In this document: in pieces, positions 22,701 through 32,198 of the stretch
How the letters are laid out: each line of letters begins with the position of its first letter
How positions within the stretch are numbered: position 1 is the first letter of the stretch
Virus record (IMG/VR): IMGVR_UViG_3300025141_016157
Span: 32,001 to 96,000 of that record
Length of the DNA: 64,000 bases
DNA from: a virus
Direction: 5' to 3' (one strand)
The notes under the pieces: generated by a model
The model's input: the letters and a program-made list of their open reading frames with translations, nothing else
The model's database searches: none
Told to the model about the DNA's origin: nothing
Made by a program: the position numbers and the translations under genes

Positions 22701-22907
22701 ACAAAAACAAATATGATGATAATAGATGAAGGTTTTGGATCTCTTGATGCAACAAATCTTGAAGCTTGCACAAGATTGCTGGAATCTTTAAAAAAATGGT
22801 TTAGAAATATAATAGTTATATCACATGTAGACGCAGTAAAAGACTGCGTAGATAACTCTGTAGAGATAATAAAGAAAGGTAAGGATTCTCATGTCATGTT
22901 TACATAA
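19773..22907 (+). CDS. Fused SbcD-SbcC (Mre11-Rad50; T4 gp47+gp46-like) recombination nuclease/ATPase
   Basis: Phosphoesterase motifs DVH, GDIVH, GNHD, HG and GDIH; then Walker A GKNTKGKSS, coiled coil, signature ASGME, Walker B IIDEGFGSLD and H-loop ISH. Confidence 0.9.
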   Translation: MKIVHIADVHWRGLSRHEEYTASFIEFFNQCKNINPDVIYVGGDIVHSKTQGISPELIDRLSWWFTKMAEICPTHVILGNHDGLMNNKDRQDAISPIISALDNPNIYLYKKSGVYPTGFDGFNWCVFSCFDEEGWQRVRPVPGEINIALFHGAVWGSKTDIDWEIEGEVTVDLFDNFEFGMLGDIHRRQFLNSKKSIAYCGSTIQQNYGEDSGKGFLLWDIKDKDDFTVSFHEIQHCSPFVTIDWGGSVKDTLLIAKKEKPGSRFRIKSKSQITQAHAQEISARLRDSMNAAETVFKSENQFDTSEFLTRNDSKGSNLREVTTHYDLFGEYLKNYNLTQEEKDDIKDLIDKYFFSATSSEEVLRNSRWEIEKMNFDNVFSYDQENVIDFTKNTGITGIFGKNTKGKSSIIGALMYCLFNTTDRGPIKNLHIINSRKNFCKSSVDIKLNGEIFRVTRGTVKHTTRKGETYASTSLDLEKVSKDGTVENLAEEQRRETEKVLRSLIGTSEDFLMTSLASQGGMNRFIGEGSTSRKTILTKFLDLEVFEKMSDLCKQDYSDLRAISKSIKQEDWDKKIDEENECLKVSNELLNSVKSKIKSDRKLLHKLIQRKNKLGYSIEDSYTQGQIEEKRSEVSLLKEDLSGKESEIEKLKKETSEKISKLEKIKDVCDSTSIDSLREQRDTKIALEKNLIKLKAIHEKSLIRLEKLKESADMLNKVPCGSSYPACMFIKSSHEDRTMIDDQAEIVNASYENLSSCNKSLEIIKKIDPASKIKKYDILFLKLKDLEGKINISKERFINLENGRLSLTSSIEKESAELRRMVVLSEGNSNSSALDVQEKINNIQKEIEALERNQSEIIGNIAASKINVESLVADRENHDSIKQQMRSYDFFIQAVSRKGIPSRIMMSKLPAINNEILNILQGVVDFTVSLETDTTTSAMDIYIDYGDSKRIIELASGMEKMIASLAIRVALINTSSLTKTNMMIIDEGFGSLDATNLEACTRLLESLKKWFRNIIVISHVDAVKDCVDNSVEIIKKGKDSHVMFT

Positions 22908-23139
22908 CACAAAGGGATTTTTTTGCGAAGTATGCGGATATCTCTCTTTGACATCAATGGATCACAGGTCAAAAATTTCAATAGGTGCTTGCAGGGGATG
23001 TGAGCTAAAGTTTTTTGAGCCAAATGTGGAAAAATGGAAAAACGGATGGCGACCAAAAAAGAGAGAGATAAACTCTTTTAATAAAGAGAATCAAAAAAGT
23101 GTCTATTCGATTTTGTCGGAAATAAATAATTACATCTAA
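22891..23139 (+). CDS. Small Zn-finger protein
   Basis: CEVC..CRGC. Overlaps the sbcDC stop, with AAGG upstream. Confidence 0.55.
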   Translation: MSCLHNTKGFFCEVCGYLSLTSMDHRSKISIGACRGCELKFFEPNVEKWKNGWRPKKREINSFNKENQKSVYSILSEINNYI

Positions 23140-23151
23140 AGGATTACAAAT

Positions 23152-23538
23152 ATGCTTACATCACAAGAAATTGACTGTCTGGGACAATTAACAAATAATA
23201 CATGGGGCTATCCCGGAGGAATGAATAGCAAAGTACCAACTGCTGCTATAAATGTATCTCTTCAGGGAGATATAATGATCTGTACATATAGTACAATTGT
23301 AAATCTCATGAGTGATAGAAATCTAAGGGATCAGTCAAAAGGTTTTGAAGAAGAATCTGTTAAAATAGTTGCAGAATATATAAAAGAGCTAAAGAAAGGA
23401 TTTAAGAAAAAATCAGAAAGATCTTTAAAGCTAAAAGAAACAGACACTAGAGATTCAATAGAAATTATTACAGCATCTCCTTTCTCTCCTAAGAGAACTG
23501 CATACTATAGGAGATTTACAACATTTAAAGTTGATTAA
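23152..23538 (+). CDS. Hypothetical protein immediately upstream of terL
   Basis: 128 aa, AAGGA SD, ATAATTA upstream. Confidence 0.6.
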   Translation: MLTSQEIDCLGQLTNNTWGYPGGMNSKVPTAAINVSLQGDIMICTYSTIVNLMSDRNLRDQSKGFEEESVKIVAEYIKELKKGFKKKSERSLKLKETDTRDSIEIITASPFSPKRTAYYRRFTTFKVD

Positions 23539-23539
23539 T

Positions 23540-25168
23540 ATGGCACCACCTAAAAAAAGTAGACAGGTACAAGAAATAATCAAGTGTGGAAAAGATCCTT
23601 CATATTTCTTTAACAATTACGTAAAAATTCAACACCCTGTTCGCGGATTAATAAAGTTTGATACATTTGAGTTTCAAGATAGCTGTGTTGAAACATTTTC
23701 TGAAGAAAGATTTTCAATAGTTTTAAAATCAAGACAGCTAGGCCTCTCTACACTTGTTGCAGCCTATTCCCTGTGGATGGCTCTATATCAGAGAGATAAA
23801 AATATTCTTGTAATTGCTACAAAGCTTACTGTTGCACAAAATTTTATTACAAAAGTAAAGACTATGCTGAGATCTCTTCCGCCATGGGTTGTCTTGCCTG
23901 AGCTTGTTGCAAACAATAAGCAATTATTGCAATTTAGTAATGGATCAACAGTAAAGGCAATTCCGACTTCTGATGATGCTGGAAGATCAGAGGCACTTAG
24001 CCTGCTTATCGTTGACGAAGCAGCGTTTGTTAAGAACTTTGACTCATTGTGGATGGGACTATATCCTACAATTTCAACTGGGGGAAGGGTTATAATACTT
24101 TCAACACCAAACGGTGTAGGTGGGCAATACCACAAGCTCTATACAGATGCAGAAGCAGGTTTAAATGAGTTTAAATCAATAAAGCTTCCATGGGATGTTC
24201 ACCCAGAAAGAGATGATGAGTGGTTTGAAGAAACTACAAAGAATCTATCAGATAGACAAATTGCCCAGGAGTATCTCTGTGACTTCTCTGCCTCTGGCGA
24301 AACCTTTCTATCAAAGAACGACCTAGAGTATATCAGACAGTCTGCCAGAGCTCCTATTGAAAGGTCTGGACCATCATCGTGTGTATGGACTTGGAAATAC
24401 CCACTTTCTGAGCATGAGTATATTATTTCTGCAGATGTTTCAAGGGGAGATTCTCGAGATTATTCAACATTTCATGTCATAGACATTAATGAGAGTGAGT
24501 GTGTTGCAGAATACAAGGGGAAGATACCCCCTGATAGATTTGGTGAGTTATTAGCAGAATATGGAAAAAAATATAATAACGCATTAGTCTGCCCGGAAAA
24601 TAATTCATACGGGTATGCGACAATTTTAAAATTAAAGGAAATTCAATATCCCAATTTGTATTTTAAGAGAAGAAAGGCTGTTTTTATAGGCGATTATATT
24701 CCTGACTCAAACCCAGATCTAGCTGGATTTACAACTAGCGGAAGAACAAGATCACTAATTTTAACAAAGCTTGAAGAAGTTTTAAGAAATAAAATGGTAA
24801 AAATCTATAGCACGAGATTTTACGAAGAGTTAAAAACTTTTATATGGATAGGTAGCAAAGCACAGGGAATGAAAGGTCACAATGATGATCTTGTCATGAG
24901 TATGGCAATTGGTGTCTGGCTTTTTGATGCTGCTGACGGATATAGTAAATCAAGTAGAGATGTAAACAATGCAATGCTAAAAGCAATGTCAGTTACGAGA
25001 AATCCATACGAAGATTTGCCAGACGCAATACTTGAAGGAAGACCTCATAACAACCCAGGAAGTGAAAGAAAAAATGTAGATCCGTCAAATCCTGTAAAAA
25101 GAGGTATTCACAGTTCGGATATAAAGAATAAAATAAAGATACTTAATGACTGGAAATGGATTTTATAG
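23540..25168 (+). CDS. terL: Terminase large subunit (T4 gp17-like)
   Basis: LKSRQLGLS (Walker A), LIVDEAAF (Walker B), STPNG, nuclease ADVSRG.D and HNDDLVMS. ATG at 23540 follows the previous stop. Confidence 0.95.
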   Translation: MAPPKKSRQVQEIIKCGKDPSYFFNNYVKIQHPVRGLIKFDTFEFQDSCVETFSEERFSIVLKSRQLGLSTLVAAYSLWMALYQRDKNILVIATKLTVAQNFITKVKTMLRSLPPWVVLPELVANNKQLLQFSNGSTVKAIPTSDDAGRSEALSLLIVDEAAFVKNFDSLWMGLYPTISTGGRVIILSTPNGVGGQYHKLYTDAEAGLNEFKSIKLPWDVHPERDDEWFEETTKNLSDRQIAQEYLCDFSASGETFLSKNDLEYIRQSARAPIERSGPSSCVWTWKYPLSEHEYIISADVSRGDSRDYSTFHVIDINESECVAEYKGKIPPDRFGELLAEYGKKYNNALVCPENNSYGYATILKLKEIQYPNLYFKRRKAVFIGDYIPDSNPDLAGFTTSGRTRSLILTKLEEVLRNKMVKIYSTRFYEELKTFIWIGSKAQGMKGHNDDLVMSMAIGVWLFDAADGYSKSSRDVNNAMLKAMSVTRNPYEDLPDAILEGRPHNNPGSERKNVDPSNPVKRGIHSSDIKNKIKILNDWKWIL

Positions 25169-25179
25169 GTTAGAAAATT

Positions 25180-27222
25180 ATGGCAGAAGAACCAGCAACA
25201 TCACTGTTTAGAAGACTTACAACACTTTTTAGAAGTGGGCCAGTAATCAAGAGAAAGGTTAGGAACCTTGATTCTTCGATGAAAACATCGTCTGCATTTG
25301 AACTCTTTAGAAAAAACCAGAGTCACGTCTACAGTAGTGCAATGAGTGCGTATGGCACATACGATAGAATGGCAAGGTATTCAGATTTTAGTGAGATGGA
25401 GTATACACCTGAAATTTCAAGTGCACTAGATATATACTCTGAGGAAACAGTTGCAGCAGATGAGCACGGAAGGGTTCTACACGTATATTCTGAAAATCAC
25501 ACGATTGAAAAACTTTTAAATGATTTATTTTATGATACTCTTAATGTTGAGTTTAATTTAACTGCATGGGCAAGAAACTTATGCAAATATGGAGACTTTT
25601 TTCTTTTTAATGATGTATCTCCTGAGCATGGAGTTATCAGTGCATTTCCTATACCTGTTAATGAAATAGAGCGTGAAGAGGGCTATGATCCAGAAGATCC
25701 CATGGCTGTAAGGTTTAGATGGGTTACACAGGGTAATCAAGTTCTTGAAAATTGGCAAATTGCACACATGAGAGTTTTGGGAAATGATGCATTTTTGCCG
25801 TATGGGTCTTCTGTTCTAGAGGCAGCAAGAAGAATTTGGAGACAGCTTATCCTTGTTGAGGACGCAATGCTTGTATATAGAATAGTAAGGTCTCCTGAAA
25901 GAAGGGTATTTTATATAGACGTTGGAAATGTCCCCCCGGAAGACATTCCAAATTATATGGAGCAGGTTCAATCAACTTTGAAAAAAGCACAAGTTGTCGA
26001 TAAGACAACAGGAAGAGTTGACTTAAGATATAATCCGCTATCTGTAGACGAAGATTACTACCTTCCTGTTCGAGGAAGTGATTCAGGAACGAAAATAGAC
26101 ACACTTGCCGGTGGACAAAATGCAACAGCAATTGAAGATGTCGAATATATACAGAAAAAATTATTTGCTGCTTTAAAAATTCCAAAAGCATACCTCGGAT
26201 ATGACGAAGGTCTTGGGGCAAAGGCAACACTATCTCAGGAAGATATTAGATTTTCTAGAACAATTGCTAGAATACAGCGAACTGTAATTGCTGAATTAAA
26301 TAAAATGGCAATTATTCATCTTTATTGTAATGGTTTCGAGGGTGAAGATTTACTTGATTTTGATCTAAAGCTATCCAATCCGTCTACAATTGCACAGCAG
26401 CAAAAGCTTGAACTATATAGAACAAGATTTGATGTTGCCACAACAGCAAACAATATAGAAGGTCTCGTAAGTAGGGACTGGGTGAGAAAAAGAATATTCA
26501 ACATGACAGATGATCAAATAGACGATCTTAAGATCCAAAGAGAGACAGATAAGCTAGATGATCTTAGAATAGAATCTGTTACACTGCCGCAGACTGAAGG
26601 GGCCGGTGAAGAACCTGAAGTAGATACTTCACTGCCCGGTGGTCCACCAGGAGGGGTAGAAATTGAGGATCTTGCAGACTCTGACAATAACAAGACTCTT
26701 CCGATTCTAGCGGAACCATCGTTCGTTGCAATGAGCATGAACGATGATAACTCTCCTATCAAGGCTCAGGAAAAAGTTGACAATATTTCGAAAATTTTAA
26801 ATTCAACCTTGTCAGAAGAAACATCGATTGTAGAAAAAGCAAATGATAAAGGTTATGACAATAGAAAAAGAAGAAAGAGAAATTCTCTAAATACAAATCA
26901 TGCAGCTATGACAATGCACGACCATGACGATACCGATGATTCACTTTCAGGAGATCCAGTAAAAGATATGAGGGAAAAAGAAGCTTCAAAGAGAAAGGAA
27001 GATGCAAATCCTGCAAGTCTTATAAATAGAGAGCTAAAAAATGCATCTAGCCTCCCTTCTGTATTTGAATCAGATTCAGCTTATATGTCAGCTTATTTTA
27101 ATGATAAGGTAAATGTTCAAAATAGAATGTCAGATAGATTAAGATCTACATTAAAATCCCTTGAGAGAAACATACATATTAAAAAGAAAAAGACATTATT
27201 GTCTGAAGAAAATGAGGTGTAA
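25180..27222 (+). CDS. Portal protein (T4 gp20-like) with long charged C-terminal extension
   Basis: EDAMLVYRIVRSPERRVFYIDVGN, EDYYLPVRG, TLAGGQN and DVEYIQKKLFAALKIP. Confidence 0.93.
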   Translation: MAEEPATSLFRRLTTLFRSGPVIKRKVRNLDSSMKTSSAFELFRKNQSHVYSSAMSAYGTYDRMARYSDFSEMEYTPEISSALDIYSEETVAADEHGRVLHVYSENHTIEKLLNDLFYDTLNVEFNLTAWARNLCKYGDFFLFNDVSPEHGVISAFPIPVNEIEREEGYDPEDPMAVRFRWVTQGNQVLENWQIAHMRVLGNDAFLPYGSSVLEAARRIWRQLILVEDAMLVYRIVRSPERRVFYIDVGNVPPEDIPNYMEQVQSTLKKAQVVDKTTGRVDLRYNPLSVDEDYYLPVRGSDSGTKIDTLAGGQNATAIEDVEYIQKKLFAALKIPKAYLGYDEGLGAKATLSQEDIRFSRTIARIQRTVIAELNKMAIIHLYCNGFEGEDLLDFDLKLSNPSTIAQQQKLELYRTRFDVATTANNIEGLVSRDWVRKRIFNMTDDQIDDLKIQRETDKLDDLRIESVTLPQTEGAGEEPEVDTSLPGGPPGGVEIEDLADSDNNKTLPILAEPSFVAMSMNDDNSPIKAQEKVDNISKILNSTLSEETSIVEKANDKGYDNRKRRKRNSLNTNHAAMTMHDHDDTDDSLSGDPVKDMREKEASKRKEDANPASLINRELKNASSLPSVFESDSAYMSAYFNDKVNVQNRMSDRLRSTLKSLERNIHIKKKKTLLSEENEV

Positions 27223-27225
27223 CTC

Positions 27226-28080
27226 GTGACAAAATCTCACAACAAGAAAAGAAATGTAGGTGTGGTATACGAGCTTCTTTTAAGAAGGGTCTCTGAGTGC
27301 TTAGTAAGTGAAAATAAAAAAGAAGCACAAGAGACTTTAGATATTCTTTCAAGGAAGTTTAAAAAAGGGACAAATCTTTACAAAGAGTTTAGGCTTTTCA
27401 GAGCACTCGCAAAATCACAAGTATCTGATAGTGAAACTGCAAGGGCAATATTAAGAGAAGCAAAGGGTGCAGCAATAAGAACTGACCTAAAATCTCTTGA
27501 AAAAGAAAAGTCTTCTTTAATTAGAGAGATGAATTATAAATTAAAAGATTCAAATCTATATAGAAGGTATGTTCCAGATTATAAGACGCTTGCAACGATT
27601 CAGACACTGCTAAATGACTGGCGAGACCAAGATGACACAAATATAGAAAGAATAGCACTTTATGAATCAAAAGTAGTAGATCATCTTTTGAAAGAAAAAG
27701 ATAGTCTTGACATTGAAAATCAAACAAATCCTGATATTGATAGTCTTGTTGTAAAGATAATGACAGAGAAAATTAATAAGAAGTATGATAAACAATTCAA
27801 CTCTGACCAAAGAGAGATTTTAAAGCTTTATGCATTTTCCGGTACAGATGACGACACGTCAAATAAAAAATTATCTACATGTCTTGAAGAGATTTCTAAA
27901 AAATCGCTTAGAGATATTGTAAGGCTTAAAAAGAGCACATCAAATGAAACAATTATAGAAAAGATATCAAGTGTTAAGAATCAAATACTCTTAGAATCAA
28001 AAAGAGACATAGATGATAAAAAAATAGTTAGATTTTTAACGCTAATAGATCTTTGCAAAGAAATAAGGGAGTCTGTATAA
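27226..28080 (+). CDS. Hypothetical head-module protein
   Basis: 284 aa helical ORF between portal and protease. GAGG SD, GTG start. Confidence 0.6.
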   Translation: MTKSHNKKRNVGVVYELLLRRVSECLVSENKKEAQETLDILSRKFKKGTNLYKEFRLFRALAKSQVSDSETARAILREAKGAAIRTDLKSLEKEKSSLIREMNYKLKDSNLYRRYVPDYKTLATIQTLLNDWRDQDDTNIERIALYESKVVDHLLKEKDSLDIENQTNPDIDSLVVKIMTEKINKKYDKQFNSDQREILKLYAFSGTDDDTSNKKLSTCLEEISKKSLRDIVRLKKSTSNETIIEKISSVKNQILLESKRDIDDKKIVRFLTLIDLCKEIRESV

Positions 28081-28694
28081 TGTCTAATTCAATGAAACTT
28101 TTAACAGAGTGGATGCCTTTAAAGGTTGATAAGAGTATTATCTCTGAATCAAAGAGGGAGCACGGCGGAAAATTATTCTTAAAGGGAGTTTTGCAAAGAT
28201 GTGATACTCTAAACCAGAATGGAAGAATTTATCCAAAGTCTGTTCTTGAAAGAGAAATGATAAACTATCAAAAGTTTATAAAAGAAAACAGAGCGCTTGG
28301 TGAGTGTGACCATCCAGATACAAGCGTAATTGAATTGAAAAATGTCTCACACATTGTCCGAGAGGCACATCTTAATGGTGACGATGTTGTTGGAACTATA
28401 GAGCTTTTGGACACACCTGCAGGAAAAATATTACAAAGTCTAGTTGAATCTGGTGTTACCCTGGGGATAAGCTCACGAGGCGTAGGATCTACTATAAATG
28501 AAAGCGGAAATCAGATCGTTCAAGACGACTTTCAGCTAATTTGCTTTGATATGGTGTCAGAACCCTCTACACCCGGAGCATTCATGCTTAACGAGGGGAA
28601 AAACATATCCAGGAAAGATCTAGACAAACACTTTAACTCTTCTGACAAAATAGATAGAATTTTTAATGAAATATTGATGTGGGAAAATGAGTAG
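28080..28694 (+). CDS. Prohead core protease (T4 gp21-like)
   Basis: NQNGRIYP, ALGECDHP, GISSRGVGS and FDMVSEPSTPGA. ATG at 28080 overlaps the previous TAA. Confidence 0.92.
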   Translation: MSNSMKLLTEWMPLKVDKSIISESKREHGGKLFLKGVLQRCDTLNQNGRIYPKSVLEREMINYQKFIKENRALGECDHPDTSVIELKNVSHIVREAHLNGDDVVGTIELLDTPAGKILQSLVESGVTLGISSRGVGSTINESGNQIVQDDFQLICFDMVSEPSTPGAFMLNEGKNISRKDLDKHFNSSDKIDRIFNEILMWENE

Positions 28695-29094
28695 CAAATT
28701 ATCTAAATCAGATCTTAAAGCGATAGTCAAAGAATGTCTTGTAGAAATTTTAAAAGAAGGCATTATGAGCCCGTCATCTACTTCTAGCTCACTAAATGAA
28801 AATAAAAGATCTAGAAGGTCATCTTTTGACCATGTATCATGGGCAAAAGAATCACACCCAGAAGAAAAAATTGATTATAATGAACATGCAAGAAGTTTAA
28901 CTGATAATTCAATTCTTGCTGAAGTGCTTGCTGATAGTCAAAATACAATGATAAACCAGATAAACGCTGAAAAGATGGGAAAGTCAGCAATGTCAGGTGA
29001 CTTTGCTGAAAGAAAGGTTGCGTCATCTGATCCGGCTGATCTTTTTGGCGATGCAGCTGGAAACTGGGCAGCACTAGCATTTGGAAATAAGTGA
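28687..29094 (+). CDS. Hypothetical prohead/core protein
   Basis: N-terminal LKAIVKECLVEIL.E. Lies in the head module. Confidence 0.55.
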   Translation: MSSKLSKSDLKAIVKECLVEILKEGIMSPSSTSSSLNENKRSRRSSFDHVSWAKESHPEEKIDYNEHARSLTDNSILAEVLADSQNTMINQINAEKMGKSAMSGDFAERKVASSDPADLFGDAAGNWAALAFGNK

Positions 29095-29160
29095 CATCCA
29101 CTTTTTTTACTTTTTGCTGATAATAATTGATCCATTAGCATATTTAACATCAGGAGGAAT

Positions 29161-29406
29161 GTGATGTCTTCACTTACTGTAAGTAAATTAAAGCAAATTA
29201 TAAAAGAGGAAAAGAAAGCACTTAAAGATGCGGGGCTTATATCTTCTGAAACAGTTGATGGCGCATGGTCTGGGGGCGATAACCTTGTTCACAAAATTGA
29301 TTATGTTAAAAAGCTTGGAATCAAAGAGAGAAAGCTAAGAAAAAAAGCAGAAATCTATAGACAGCTTAGAGAAAAACTTGAAAGATCAATAAAGAGGAGT
29401 AAGTAA
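29161..29406 (+). CDS. Small hypothetical prohead/core protein
   Basis: LKQIIKEE motif, AGGAGG SD, ATATTTA upstream. Confidence 0.6.
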   Translation: MMSSLTVSKLKQIIKEEKKALKDAGLISSETVDGAWSGGDNLVHKIDYVKKLGIKERKLRKKAEIYRQLREKLERSIKRSK

Positions 29407-30005
29407 TGCCCACACAGTCACAAATACTCATAGACGGAAATTCAAAAGCAATAAGCCCTAAAAGAACATATGGTGATAGAAATCAAGCTTCTCTTGACCT
29501 TATGTTCCCAGGATCGCCAGTTTACACAAACCTGCTTACTGATGATGGTCTCAAGGAGACCTATGACCAGATTATTAATGGAAAACCAACTGATGCACTT
29601 CAGTCAGGTACTGGTCTTACATATGGTGGCGGATCAGGCTTTGGGCTAGCTTCCTTTGATACAAATTATATATCTAATGGCGCACCAGATATTGGAGCAA
29701 ATGCTGCTACTAAAGATGGCAAGCAATTTGGAAAAGGCGAGGGTGCACCTACAACGCCATATGTTCCACCTCTTACTTCACCTGGTGTAGGAAGCGTTGC
29801 CGCAGCAGACCAGCCACCTTATGACATCAAAGCCGGACCTCTTCTTGGGTATGATTCAGACGGAAAGCTTGAAGCACAGAATGAGTTTGGATCCGGCTAT
29901 GGATCAACTGCAAACCCAGCTGTAACAAGTGATGAGATAGACAACCAGTCTCTTGGAACTCTAATCTCAGGAAGATCGTATACAAATTCAGATACCCTTG
30001 GATAG
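29406..30005 (+). CDS. Hypothetical Gly/Pro-rich head-module protein
   Basis: 199 aa, translationally coupled to the previous gene (TAATG). Confidence 0.55.
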   Translation: MPTQSQILIDGNSKAISPKRTYGDRNQASLDLMFPGSPVYTNLLTDDGLKETYDQIINGKPTDALQSGTGLTYGGGSGFGLASFDTNYISNGAPDIGANAATKDGKQFGKGEGAPTTPYVPPLTSPGVGSVAAADQPPYDIKAGPLLGYDSDGKLEAQNEFGSGYGSTANPAVTSDEIDNQSLGTLISGRSYTNSDTLG

Positions 30006-30010
30006 CCAAG

Positions 30011-30643
30011 TTGTCTAGATACTACTATAACCCATCATCCGCCAACAGTGATGGCCGGACAGGCATGGGTTATGGAAAGTCTCAAAAAATACCTTCAGCA
30101 AATACAGGTCTAGGATCAACATGGGCAATGGGTTGGGAAACTGGAATATATCCGCCTGAACCTCCAGATGATGAAGATGTTGAGTTGCCATTTGATGATG
30201 AAGATGACTTCGTTGAATTTCTATCCAAGATTAACTTGGGTTATCAATCTGCAGATTCTGTAAGGCCACGTGCTGATTTCTCTTCCTATGCCAGTACTAG
30301 TAATAGATTTTCAACTGTTGGTCTTGCAGAACAAAATATTGCAACTATGAAAGGAATGGTTCCCATAACAAGGAAGGTAAAGTATCCAAGCGGCCTTGGC
30401 ATGGCTACTGGCGGCTCTTCAAGTGAGTTTGGATCTACAAGAACTGCTCCGGGAAAGGTCGGAGGAGACGGTACACAGTTTGGTTTTGCTAGAAGAACTC
30501 TTGACCTAGACGGTCAAGGCGACATGGAAATAATGTCACTTTTGGATATACTTGGTATGTCTGATGATGAGAGAAATTTTCTAAGACAGCAGAAAAAAAT
30601 TAAAGATACGCTAATGGTAGTTGAATCTTTACTTAATAAATGA
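30011..30643 (+). CDS. Hypothetical head-module protein
   Basis: 210 aa ORF with TTG start, filling the gap before the scaffold gene. Confidence 0.55.
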   Translation: MSRYYYNPSSANSDGRTGMGYGKSQKIPSANTGLGSTWAMGWETGIYPPEPPDDEDVELPFDDEDDFVEFLSKINLGYQSADSVRPRADFSSYASTSNRFSTVGLAEQNIATMKGMVPITRKVKYPSGLGMATGGSSSEFGSTRTAPGKVGGDGTQFGFARRTLDLDGQGDMEIMSLLDILGMSDDERNFLRQQKKIKDTLMVVESLLNK

Positions 30644-30704
30644 TAAATATTGATATAAGTTTTGTCTTTTAAGACATATTTAACTTTCGAGGAGTCATAG
30701 CAGA

Positions 30705-32156
30705 ATGTCATCTAAAATTTATGAAGAAGCATTAGCAGAAGCAAAGCAGCTTAGAGAGATAGCTGAGCAAAATGCTAAGAACGCTATCGTAGAGGCCGTA
30801 ACGCCAAAAATAAGAGAGTTTATTGATAATCAATTAATGGGAGAATCTGGCAATAGATCCAATAGTGATTCTAGTGTTGATGAAATCATATCAGAGTCTC
30901 TCGGTTTTGATTCAAGTAGCGAAGATGTCATCTTGGATGACAGTGCTATGCAATCTCTTGCCGGACTACTTGGTTCAGCAGGATCAAATAAAGAAGTTTT
31001 AACAATGCTAGCTGAGTCAATTAATGAGCTAGAACCAACACAAGCTGATCTTGTTTTATCTGCAGCTAAAAAATTAGATTCAACAGGTAATAGTTTCGAC
31101 TCAGACAAAAAAAATAAAAAAGTAGAAAATCTACAGGAGAATAACCAAATGGCATCAAACGAAAGAATTTATGAAGTTGACCTCGGCCTGTTAAAGGAAG
31201 AGCTGTCAAGAGGATCACTATATGAGGTTGGCGATGAAGAGCCAGAAGAACCAGATAGTGATGAAACTGATCAGTCAGAAGAAAAACAGCTTAAGGAAAT
31301 GTTAAGAAGTCTTGGACTACTTAACGAAGACAAGATAGAGATTGATCTTGGAGAAGATGTTGAGCTTCCAGAAGATGTTCAAATAGTTGCAAGACTTCTT
31401 CAAGATGAAGATGAAGATCTTGAAGCTGATCTTGAACTCGATGATGAGGTTATGGATGTAGAATTAGACGATGATGAGGTTGTCGAAGATGACCTTGACG
31501 TATCTCTTGACGAAACATTTGAAATTAACGCAACAGTTCTTAAAGAAGAGCTTCTCAGGATGAAGCGATTGGTAAGAGAGGCTAAAAGCCTTGCAGATGC
31601 CAAGGGCGGAACAGATTCCAAAGAAGACTCCTGGGGCGGAAAAGGAAATGCAAAGGCAGGTCTTAAGCATGCTTATGGCGGCAAAGGCTCTGGCAAAGGA
31701 AATGCATTTGGCGGCGGAACTGAAAAAGGTGACGTCTATAAGGTTAAACTCAATGCCCTCAAGGAGACATTGAGAAAAGAGTTGCGCAAGAATCGCACTC
31801 TAGAGACGAGGCTCGATGAATACAGAAGTGCAGTTGAAACACTTCGTGAGCAATTAACAGATCTCAATCTGTTCAACGCAAAACTACTCTACGTAAATAA
31901 ACTCTTCCAGGATAAGTCAGTTACTCCTACACGACGCAGGTCGATGATGGAATCAATTGATGGAGCAAAGAGTTTGAGAGAGGTCAAGCTAATTTATAAG
32001 ACACTTACAGGATCTTCCGCAAGGAGCTCTAAGCGTCTTAATGAGTCAACTAAAAGAACTCTTGGATCATCCTCGAGACGGGTTGGCAGATCTTCTGCAA
32101 CATCATCAAACAGCGAAGTTGATCGCTGGGCGGTGCTTGCTGGGATTAAAAACTAA
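30705..32156 (+). CDS. Prohead scaffold/core protein (T4 gp22-like role)
   Basis: Very acidic, coiled-coil protein directly upstream of the MCP, with many L-x-E sites and a C-terminal RWAVLAGI. Confidence 0.75.
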   Translation: MSSKIYEEALAEAKQLREIAEQNAKNAIVEAVTPKIREFIDNQLMGESGNRSNSDSSVDEIISESLGFDSSSEDVILDDSAMQSLAGLLGSAGSNKEVLTMLAESINELEPTQADLVLSAAKKLDSTGNSFDSDKKNKKVENLQENNQMASNERIYEVDLGLLKEELSRGSLYEVGDEEPEEPDSDETDQSEEKQLKEMLRSLGLLNEDKIEIDLGEDVELPEDVQIVARLLQDEDEDLEADLELDDEVMDVELDDDEVVEDDLDVSLDETFEINATVLKEELLRMKRLVREAKSLADAKGGTDSKEDSWGGKGNAKAGLKHAYGGKGSGKGNAFGGGTEKGDVYKVKLNALKETLRKELRKNRTLETRLDEYRSAVETLREQLTDLNLFNAKLLYVNKLFQDKSVTPTRRRSMMESIDGAKSLREVKLIYKTLTGSSARSSKRLNESTKRTLGSSSRRVGRSSATSSNSEVDRWAVLAGIKN

Positions 32157-32198
32157 TTAACTCACAAATTGTTTTAAAAACTTAAAGGAAAAATAACA

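Noticed and set aside
23152-23538. Small terminase call for the gene upstream of terL
   Set aside because: The position fits, but there is no recognisable TerS motif, so it is left as hypothetical.
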